Of a stretch of 64,000 bases of DNA, positions 20,057 through 27,484 are shown piece after piece. Numbering within the stretch: the first letter of the stretch is position 1; the number at the start of each line of letters is the position of its first letter. A model generated the notes under the pieces. That model was given only the letters and a program-made list of their open reading frames with translations, was not told the origin of the DNA and did no database searches. The translations under genes were made by a program, and so were the position numbers. Source of the DNA: Tepidisphaera sp. (lineage in GTDB: Bacteria > Planctomycetota > Phycisphaerae > Phycisphaerales > UBA1924); contig CP051526.1 in the NCBI GenBank assembly GCA_050916045.1, positions 2,080,001 through 2,144,000 on the forward strand. Direction: 5' to 3'.

Positions 20057-21964
20057 GTGCGAATCACAATCGGTAAGCGGCTTGGCGGAGGTTTCGGCGC
20101 GATGATCGCGCTCATGGGCATCATGGCGGGCTCTGCTTGGTACCAGGCCGGCCAGACGCGTGATGGCGTCGCTCTCCTCAACACGCACACAGCCGCGATG
20201 CGGGGGGCTTCCGGTCTTGAGCAGACCGGGCATCGCCTCGGCGCTCGCGTCAGCGAGTTCCTGCTCAACCCGACCCGACCTGGGACGCTCGAGGGCGTCT
20301 TCGAGTTCCGCGACCGCTTTGAGAAGGACCTGACTCGGGTCGAATCTCTCGCCACCGACGATGAGCATCTCGCGGCTCTCCGCGACATCGGCAACAAGTT
20401 CGGCGCACTGTGGCCCACGTTCGAAGAGATCAAGCGCCTCACCCTCGAGACCGAGACGCTCACCAATCACACCCTCGCCGGCGCCATCGGCACCGTCACC
20501 GACGATCTCTCCGCGCTCGTGACCGAAGCCAACGCCGCCAACAACGTCCCCGCGCGGGCCGCCGCTCGCCAAAGCAAGGTCGCCTGCCTCGAAGCCTACC
20601 TCGCGGCCCAGCGCTGCTTCCTGTCGCTCAGCCCCGAGGACTTCGCCGCCTGCATGAAGCTCGTCGAGGTCGCCCGGGCGGACTTCGCCAAGTCAAGCTC
20701 CAACGCCGAGTTCGGCCCCTTCGCGGCCAAGTTCGGGCCCATCGCGGAACGCTTTGAGGTCTTTGCGACCTCGTTCCAGAAGATCGTCGAGAACCGCCGC
20801 GCCGTCGGTGCCCTTCTCAACGACGAGTTCTCGCCCAAGCGCCGCGCCGTCGTCGCCGATGTGTCTGCTTTCGCCGAGCGTGTGACGGCGGAAGCCGACG
20901 CCACCGGCACCTCCGTCAGCGCCCTGGCCACCTTCGCACGCGGCTTCAGCGTCTGGATGGGCTTGGGCGTCGCCGTCGTCGGCATCGGCCTGGGCTTGGT
21001 CATCGCGAGAAAGATCACGCGCCCGATCAAGACCCTTGTCGGCCGCATGCAGGAGATTCAGGCGGAGAAGGACCTCACCAAACGCGTCTCCATGAACTCG
21101 CGGGACGAGGTGCGCGACATCGCCGACGCCTTCAACAGCCTCGTGGGCACGCTCCACGACATCATCGCCGAGGTCCGCTCGGGCACGGTGCAGATCGATG
21201 CCGGTGGCTCTCAGATCGCTTCGACAAGCCAGTCGATCGCTCAGGGCGCTTCCCAACAGTCCGGCGGTCTCCAGCAGATCGCGGCCACGATCGAGCAGAT
21301 CTCCGGACAGACCAAAGCAAGCTCGGAGAACACCCAGCGCGCCAACGCCCTCTCCCAGGAGAGCCGCCGGTCCGCCGAACGCGGTCGCACGGAGATGGCC
21401 GAGATGGACAAGGCGGTCCGCGAGACACGAAACAGCAGCTCCGAGATCAGCAAGATCATCAAGGTCATCGACGGCATCGCCTTCCAGACCAACCTCCTCG
21501 CCCTCAACGCCGCGGTCGAAGCCGCCCGTGCTGGCGAGTCCGGTAAGGGCTTCGCCGTCGTCGCGGAAGAGGTCCGCAACCTCGCCAAGCGTTCGGCCGA
21601 CGCCGCCAAGACCACCGCGACCCTCATCGAGGAGTCCGTCGCCCGGTCCGAGCGCGGCGTCCAGATCGCCGACCGCGTCGGGCAGTCCCTCGGCGAGATC
21701 ACCGCGAGCACGGGGCAGGTCAGTTCCCTCCTCTCCGAGATCGCGACGGCCGCTTCAGAACAGGCCACCGGCCTCGCGACCCTGAACGAGGGCGCCGGCC
21801 AGCTCGAAACCGCCGTGCAGCAGAACGCCGGCACAAGCCAGGAGCTCGCCTCCGCCGCGGAGGAGCTCTCCTCGCAGGTCGCGTCCCTCACCGAGCTTGT
21901 CGCCCAGTTCAGGGTCGATGACCGAAATGCCGAATCCACGGTCCGCATAACCGCCAAGGCTTGA
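20057..21964 (+). CDS. Methyl-accepting chemotaxis protein 6 (long helical sensor, no C-terminal pentapeptide tail)
   Basis: GTG start; '[13 protein letters not shown]' TM1; HAMP; MCP signal domain; ends VRITAKA. Confidence 0.95.
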   Translation: MRITIGKRLGGGFGAMIALMGIMAGSAWYQAGQTRDGVALLNTHTAAMRGASGLEQTGHRLGARVSEFLLNPTRPGTLEGVFEFRDRFEKDLTRVESLATDDEHLAALRDIGNKFGALWPTFEEIKRLTLETETLTNHTLAGAIGTVTDDLSALVTEANAANNVPARAAARQSKVACLEAYLAAQRCFLSLSPEDFAACMKLVEVARADFAKSSSNAEFGPFAAKFGPIAERFEVFATSFQKIVENRRAVGALLNDEFSPKRRAVVADVSAFAERVTAEADATGTSVSALATFARGFSVWMGLGVAVVGIGLGLVIARKITRPIKTLVGRMQEIQAEKDLTKRVSMNSRDEVRDIADAFNSLVGTLHDIIAEVRSGTVQIDAGGSQIASTSQSIAQGASQQSGGLQQIAATIEQISGQTKASSENTQRANALSQESRRSAERGRTEMAEMDKAVRETRNSSSEISKIIKVIDGIAFQTNLLALNAAVEAARAGESGKGFAVVAEEVRNLAKRSADAAKTTATLIEESVARSERGVQIADRVGQSLGEITASTGQVSSLLSEIATAASEQATGLATLNEGAGQLETAVQQNAGTSQELASAAEELSSQVASLTELVAQFRVDDRNAESTVRITAKA

Positions 21965-21998
21965 GCCGTCAGCCGTTCGATCCGAAATTGGAGTTGCC

Positions 21999-22820
21999 AT
22001 GTTCGTCGTCGAATCCTTGACACAAGCCCAGTTCGAGCGTGTCGCTTCCATCGCGAAAGCCCGGTGGGGTCTCGCGCTGACCCCCGCCAAGCTCCAACTC
22101 GTCACCAGCCGCCTCTCCTCCTACCTCCGTAAAGCCCACTACGACGGCGTCGAGCACTACCTGACGCACCTCGAGAAGGAAGCCGACGAGAAAGACATGC
22201 TCGTGTTCTTCGACCTCCTGTCGACGAACGTCACGAGCTTCTTCCGCGACCGCGGGCACTTTGACTACCTCGAACGAGAGCTCTTTACCGGAATCGCCCG
22301 GGGCACCATCACCCTTCCGGGCCGCAAGCTCAGAATGTGGAGCGCCGGCTGCTCAACCGGATGCGAGCCCTACACGATGGCCATGGTCGCCCACGACCAT
22401 CTCGCCGAGGTCCGCGGCTGGGACATCAAGATCCTGGCAACCGACCTGTCCAACTACGCGGTCGACGAAGCCCGCAAGGGCTCGTACGCCAAGGACGTCG
22501 TCAAGGATCTCTCGCCCGACGTCCTGGACAGGCACTTCGCCCGCAGCGGGGAAACCTGGACCGTCAAGCCGCACCTGCGGGCGATGGTCACCGTCGGCCA
22601 GCTCAATCTGATGGACAACTGGCCGATGTCGGGGCCCTTCGACGTGATCTTCTGCCGAAATGTCATGATCTACTTCGACGCCCCTACGCGAGAGAAGCTC
22701 GTGCGCCGATACGTGGATCTGCTGCGGCCCGGCGGCATCCTCGCGGTGGGAAGCGCCGAGACCCTCGCCGGTATGAACGTCGGGCTCCGGCCCGCGATGC
22801 CCTCTCTGTACGTGAAATGA
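21999..22820 (+). CDS. cheR: CheR methyltransferase
   Basis: 'TNVTSFFR', 'WSAGCSTGCEPY', 'ATDLS', 'FDVIFCRNVMIYF'. Confidence 0.95.
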   Translation: MFVVESLTQAQFERVASIAKARWGLALTPAKLQLVTSRLSSYLRKAHYDGVEHYLTHLEKEADEKDMLVFFDLLSTNVTSFFRDRGHFDYLERELFTGIARGTITLPGRKLRMWSAGCSTGCEPYTMAMVAHDHLAEVRGWDIKILATDLSNYAVDEARKGSYAKDVVKDLSPDVLDRHFARSGETWTVKPHLRAMVTVGQLNLMDNWPMSGPFDVIFCRNVMIYFDAPTREKLVRRYVDLLRPGGILAVGSAETLAGMNVGLRPAMPSLYVK

Positions 22821-22833
22821 CCCTGGAGGACCT

Positions 22834-23358
22834 TTGAGCGCTACGAGCACAACTCAGCCCACGGCCGCCCCGGGGAAGATCATCGTCGGTATCGCCGATC
22901 TGGCCACCACGGCCGATCCCGAGAAGACGCTGGTGACTTTCGCCCTCGGCTCCTGCCTGGGTGTCACCATCTATGACCCTGTGGCCCGCGTCGGCGGCAT
23001 GCTTCACCTCATGCTTCCGCAGGCCTCACTCAGCCCCGAGAAGTCGGCGCGATGCCCCTACATGTTCGCCGACACCGGCGTCCCGCTTCTGTTCACCAAA
23101 GCCTACGAGCTCGGAGCCCGCAAGGAACGCCTCGTCGTGTGCGCCGCCGGCGGCGCCGAGATCCTTGCAGACGACGGCCACTTCAAGATCGGGTCGCGCA
23201 ACCGCACGATGCTCCGCAAACTCTTCTGGAAGAACAACGTCCTGCTCGCCGCCGAGGACACCGGCGGTGCGCACAGCCGAACGATGTCACTCCGCCTGTC
23301 CGACGGACAGGTCACCGTCAAGAACAAGTCCGACGAGCGGGCGCTCTGGCCCCTCTAA
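22834..23358 (+). CDS. cheD: CheD chemoreceptor deamidase
   Basis: 'ALGSCLGV', 'GGMLHLMLP', 'IGSRN', 'EDTGG..SRT'. Confidence 0.92.
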   Translation: MSATSTTQPTAAPGKIIVGIADLATTADPEKTLVTFALGSCLGVTIYDPVARVGGMLHLMLPQASLSPEKSARCPYMFADTGVPLLFTKAYELGARKERLVVCAAGGAEILADDGHFKIGSRNRTMLRKLFWKNNVLLAAEDTGGAHSRTMSLRLSDGQVTVKNKSDERALWPL

Positions 23359-23395
23359 ACCGCCAGCCGCGGCGGTCGCCGCAAGGAGACTCAGC

Positions 23396-23797
23396 ATGAG
23401 CTGCAATATTCTGATCGTGGACGACTCGCCCATCCTGAGAACCGCGATCCGCAAGGTCGCCCGCCTCGCAGGCATCCCCGACGACCGCATCCACGAAGCC
23501 GGAAACGGCCGCGAAGCTCTCGACATCCTCGAGACCGTTTGGATCGACCTCGTCCTGCTCGACCTCAACATGCCCGTCATGGACGGTGAGCAGTTCGCCA
23601 CCGAACTCCGCAAGAACCCGGACCTCGCCGACGTCGCCGTCGTCGTTGTCTCCACGGAAGCCAACCGCGACCGGCTTCAACGCATGCGTGACCTGGGCGT
23701 GATCGACACGCTGCGCAAGCCATTCGAGCCCGAGGATCTCCACCGTCTGATCCCCAAAGTCCTCGGAACAGAGAAGGTCCAAGGAGGCGCCAAATGA
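23396..23797 (+). CDS. cheY: Second CheY-like response regulator
   Basis: ATG at 23396 after AAGGAG; 'IVDDS', 'LDLNMP', 'STE', 'KPF'. Confidence 0.88.
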   Translation: MSCNILIVDDSPILRTAIRKVARLAGIPDDRIHEAGNGREALDILETVWIDLVLLDLNMPVMDGEQFATELRKNPDLADVAVVVVSTEANRDRLQRMRDLGVIDTLRKPFEPEDLHRLIPKVLGTEKVQGGAK

Positions 23798-24261
23798 AAT
23801 CGATCGACGCTCAGATGCTCGCCGACGCCACGATCAACGCTCTCGAACGCACCGCGATGGTCCTCGCCGAAGCCGCTCCGCCCGACCAGACCGCCGAGCC
23901 CGTCACCCGTTTCGCCAGGATCCGCTACAGCGGGCCCAGCCAGGGCACCGTCGAGCTCGGAGCGACCGAAGGGTTCCTCCGCGAGGTCGCCGCGAGCCTG
24001 CTCGGTGTCGAGAGCTCCGAGGTGAACGTGGACGTCCAGGGCATGGACGCACTCCGCGAGCTCGCGAACATCCTTGGAGGCTCGGTCATCCTCGCCATGT
24101 CCGGAGAGACCTGCCGGTTCTCCCTTGGACTGCCCGAATCCGCCGGCTCACTCGATCTCTCCGTACCGACCGGTCCCAAGGCCGCGTCTTGCGCGGTGGT
24201 CGCCGAGGGCGGGGTCCTCCGGGTGAAGTGGACTTGTGAATCGATCGCCAAAGCGGCCTGA
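23794..24261 (+). CDS. CheX/CheC-like phosphatase
   Basis: E-x-x-N motif in 'DALRELANILGG', 'FSLGLP'; translationally coupled to the cheY. Confidence 0.75.
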   Translation: MKSIDAQMLADATINALERTAMVLAEAAPPDQTAEPVTRFARIRYSGPSQGTVELGATEGFLREVAASLLGVESSEVNVDVQGMDALRELANILGGSVILAMSGETCRFSLGLPESAGSLDLSVPTGPKAASCAVVAEGGVLRVKWTCESIAKAA

Positions 24262-24276
24262 AGAGGAGATCCGAGC

Positions 24277-25344
24277 ATGGACCGGCAGGTGAGCGTACTG
24301 GTGGTCGACGATTCTTCGATCGTGCGTCAGGTGCTGACACGTGATCTCGGGCGCCAGCCCGGCATCCGCGTCGTCGGCGCCGCTCCGGACCCCTTCGTGG
24401 CTCGCGACATGATCGTCGCGCTCAAGCCCGATGTGGTCACGCTTGACATCGAAATGCCGCGTATGGACGGACTGACCTTCCTCCGCAAGGTCATGAAGTA
24501 CCACCCCATGCCCGTGATCGTCGTCAGCTCCCTCGCCGCCCGCGGCTGCGAGATGGCGATCGCCTGCCTCGAAGCCGGCGCCATCGCCGCCGTTCCCAAG
24601 CCCAACGAAAGCTACTCCATCGGCGACGTCACGCTTCAGATCGCCGACATCATCCGTAGCGCCGGAAGCATGCGTCTGCGGACGCCGTCCGCCGCTCCCG
24701 CAGCCCCCACGACTCCTGTCCGATTCGAGTCCGCCGCTCTCGCCGAAACCACCCACAAGATCATCGCGCTGGGAGCGTCCACCGGAGGCACCGAAGCCCT
24801 CAAGGTCGTCCTCCAATCGCTCCCCAAGCAGTGCCCCGGGATCGTCATGACCCAGCACATGCCCCAGGGCTTCACCGCCGCGTTCGCCAAACGCCTCGAC
24901 GGCCTCTGCCAGATCGAGGTCAAGGAAGCCGCCGACGGCGACTGGGTCGTCCCCGGCCGGGCTCTTCTCGCACCCGGTGACTTTCACCTCAAGCTCGACC
25001 GCGACGGCGCCCGCTACATCGTGCGCGTCGTCGACGGACCTCGCGTCAGCCGGCACAAGCCAAGCGTCGATGTGCTCTTCGAGTCCGTCGCCCGAATCGC
25101 CGGAAAGAACGCTCTCGGCGCGATCATGACCGGCATGGGTGGCGACGGTGCCGCAGGTCTCCTCTCGATGCGCAAAGCCGGAGCCGTCACCATCGGCCAG
25201 GACGAAGCATCCTGCATCGTCTACGGCATGCCCAAAGAAGCCGCCAAAGCCGGCGCCGTACAAGTTGTCTCACCTCTTGATGAGATCCCCTCGCACATCA
25301 TGTCCTTCGCCCAGGGGCGACTGAAAGCCCAAGCAGCGGCCTAG
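24277..25344 (+). CDS. cheB: CheB methylesterase
   Basis: Receiver 'LDIEMP'; 'GASTGG', 'QHMP', 'HKPSVDVLF', 'TGMGGDG'. Confidence 0.97.
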   Translation: MDRQVSVLVVDDSSIVRQVLTRDLGRQPGIRVVGAAPDPFVARDMIVALKPDVVTLDIEMPRMDGLTFLRKVMKYHPMPVIVVSSLAARGCEMAIACLEAGAIAAVPKPNESYSIGDVTLQIADIIRSAGSMRLRTPSAAPAAPTTPVRFESAALAETTHKIIALGASTGGTEALKVVLQSLPKQCPGIVMTQHMPQGFTAAFAKRLDGLCQIEVKEAADGDWVVPGRALLAPGDFHLKLDRDGARYIVRVVDGPRVSRHKPSVDVLFESVARIAGKNALGAIMTGMGGDGAAGLLSMRKAGAVTIGQDEASCIVYGMPKEAAKAGAVQVVSPLDEIPSHIMSFAQGRLKAQAAA

Positions 25345-25647
25345 GGATGATTCCTCAACAGCACTGGATGCGACTGAGACGCAGAAGCGACTTCCATCCA
25401 TGCACGCACAGGTTGCTTCTGCCACATGTCGCACAATTCCCACTTTTCAAGGGCATTCCTGCTCTTTTCTACGTGCTCCGGGTCGTCAGTCCGACTCGTT
25501 GACGCATCCATCACCATCCCCGGGAAAGCAAGGGTGTTGAGGCGAAGCCCGAGACAGCATCGTGGTCGCAGCGTTCAATTCCTCGCGAACGCGCCTCGTC
25601 GAGGGCTCTTCGCCCGTGTCGCGGGAGCCTCGTCGAACGCTTGATAC

Positions 25648-26328
25648 GTGAACTATCTCGCCGACTGGACCAACCTCATGCCTACACGCCCAACGATGAT
25701 CATTGCCGACCCCCACCCGATCGTTCGGCACGGCCTGAACGAGTGCTTGGGAAGCGTTGGAGGCTTCCGCATCGTCGGGTTCGCGTGCGACGCTCAGACC
25801 GCGATTCAGCAGTGCCGCGAGCATCAGCCCCGTGTGCTCCTGATGGAACTTGAGATGCCGGGACTGGATCCGCTCGGTGCCATCGGGGACATCAAGTCCG
25901 TCAGTCCGCAGACCGCCATCGTCATCTTCACCGGCCTCTGCCGCGATCCGCTGATCGAGGACGCAGTCGGGCGCGGCGTCGCCGGGTACCTGCTGAAGTC
26001 CGAGACGCTCACCGACCTGAGGGAATCCCTCTCGTCAGTGCTCCGCGGCGTCCGGGTGTACTCCAAGCACGTGGCCGATCGCATCTGCCACCGAAACGGC
26101 GGAACCGGTTCGGCCGGGCCCGTCACCCCGCTCGCTTCCCTCCATCCGCGCGAGCTTGAGGTCCTCCGCTACATCGGCTTCGGCTTCACCAACGCCGAGA
26201 TGGCCAAGCTGATGCACATCTCGATCCGAACGGTCGAGCGGCACGTCCTCCGGCTCATGCGAAGCCTCAAGATCGATGAACGCACCCGTCTCACCGCCCT
26301 CGCCCACCGCACTGGCCTAGTCCGCTAA
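25648..26328 (+). CDS. NarL/LuxR-family response regulator with atypical receiver
   Basis: Receiver fold with 'ADPH' and 'LLME'; LuxR HTH 'LHPRELEVL..IGFGFTNAEMA..MHISIRTVERH'; start uncertain (25648, 25678 or 25695). Confidence 0.85.
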   Translation: MNYLADWTNLMPTRPTMIIADPHPIVRHGLNECLGSVGGFRIVGFACDAQTAIQQCREHQPRVLLMELEMPGLDPLGAIGDIKSVSPQTAIVIFTGLCRDPLIEDAVGRGVAGYLLKSETLTDLRESLSSVLRGVRVYSKHVADRICHRNGGTGSAGPVTPLASLHPRELEVLRYIGFGFTNAEMAKLMHISIRTVERHVLRLMRSLKIDERTRLTALAHRTGLVR

Positions 26329-26357
26329 CCTTCGCGCCGGGCCGGTATACTCGCGCC

Positions 26358-27476
26358 ATGCGAATGCCCGCCGCCCTGACTCTCATCCTGCTGCTGACCG
26401 TGTGCCTCCCCGGTCTCAGTTCGTGCATGACAGCCAAGCCGCCCGCCAACCCACCCGTTCGACTCTCCACACAGACCGGCCCGCTCCGAATCGGCATCAT
26501 CGGTCTCGTCCACGGACACGTTGAGGGCCTGCTCTGGCAAGCATCCCGGCGCGATGACATCCGCATCGTCGGGATCGCCGAGCCCAACCGCGCCCTCTTC
26601 GACCGCTTGGCCTCCAAGTACAACCTCGACCCAGATCTCTACCACCCAACCACCCAGTCCATGCTCGAAGCCGCCAAACCCGAAGCGGTCAGCGTCATGT
26701 CCTCCATTCACGACCATCTCGCCGCCGTCGAAGCCTGTGCCCCGCGCGGGGTCCACCTCTTGGTCGAGAAGCCTCTGACTTTCTCCCGCGACGATGCCCG
26801 CCGGATGGAAACCCTCGCCCGCGCTCACGGCGTCCTCGTCCTGACCAACTTCGAAACCAGCTGGTACACCTCGGTTCGCGAAGCCAAACGGCTCGTCGAC
26901 TCCGACGGCAGAGCTCCGATCAGACGCATGGTCTTTCGCCACGGCCACAAAGGCCCAAAGGAGATCGGCTGCTCACCCGAGTTTGTCGAGTGGCTGACCG
27001 ACCCAGCGGCCAATGGCGGCGGGGCCGTGGTCGACTTCGGCTGCTACGGCGCCGTGCTCGCGACGTGGCTGATGAACGGCGAGCGTCCCACCTCGGTCAC
27101 CTCCAGCGTCTCAACGCTCAAGCCCGCGATGTACCCCCGAGTCGATGACGACGCGACGATCGTGCTCACGTACCCCACCGCCACCGCCGTCATCCAAGCG
27201 TCCTGGGCCTGGACCCACGACAATAAGGAGATGGACCTGCACACCGAGCGCGGCTCGATCCACGCCGCCAAGTGGGACGAGCTCGCCCTCCGCGAAGCCG
27301 ACGCCCCCGCCAGATCCGTGAGACCCCGAGCCAAGCCAGCTCACCTTCAGGATGAATGGACCTACCTCCGGGAGGTGGTGCGCGGCAACTGCGAAGTCGA
27401 CCCGCTTTCATCCCTCGAGTACAACATCATCGTCGCGGAGATCCTCGACGACGCCCGATCGCCCCGAAAGCACTGA
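26358..27476 (+). CDS. Gfo/Idh/MocA-family oxidoreductase, probably exported
   Basis: N-terminal signal/lipobox-like 'LPGLSSC'; 'IGIIGLVHGH', 'VEKP', 'GGGAVVDFGCYG'. Confidence 0.88.
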   Translation: MRMPAALTLILLLTVCLPGLSSCMTAKPPANPPVRLSTQTGPLRIGIIGLVHGHVEGLLWQASRRDDIRIVGIAEPNRALFDRLASKYNLDPDLYHPTTQSMLEAAKPEAVSVMSSIHDHLAAVEACAPRGVHLLVEKPLTFSRDDARRMETLARAHGVLVLTNFETSWYTSVREAKRLVDSDGRAPIRRMVFRHGHKGPKEIGCSPEFVEWLTDPAANGGGAVVDFGCYGAVLATWLMNGERPTSVTSSVSTLKPAMYPRVDDDATIVLTYPTATAVIQASWAWTHDNKEMDLHTERGSIHAAKWDELALREADAPARSVRPRAKPAHLQDEWTYLREVVRGNCEVDPLSSLEYNIIVAEILDDARSPRKH

Positions 27477-27484
27477 GGTCGGAT

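Noticed and set aside
9850..21964. Diversity-generating retroelement or shufflon explanation for the MCP repeats
   Set aside because: No reverse transcriptase or site-specific recombinase in the window; the repeats are direct, lie in conserved domains and show only a single mismatch rather than many adenine-specific ones
25500..25560. Cobalamin riboswitch-like words (CGGGAAAG, AAGCCCGAGAC)
   Set aside because: The upstream core of that riboswitch is not recognisable and the downstream gene is unrelated to B12; kept only as an unassigned structured element
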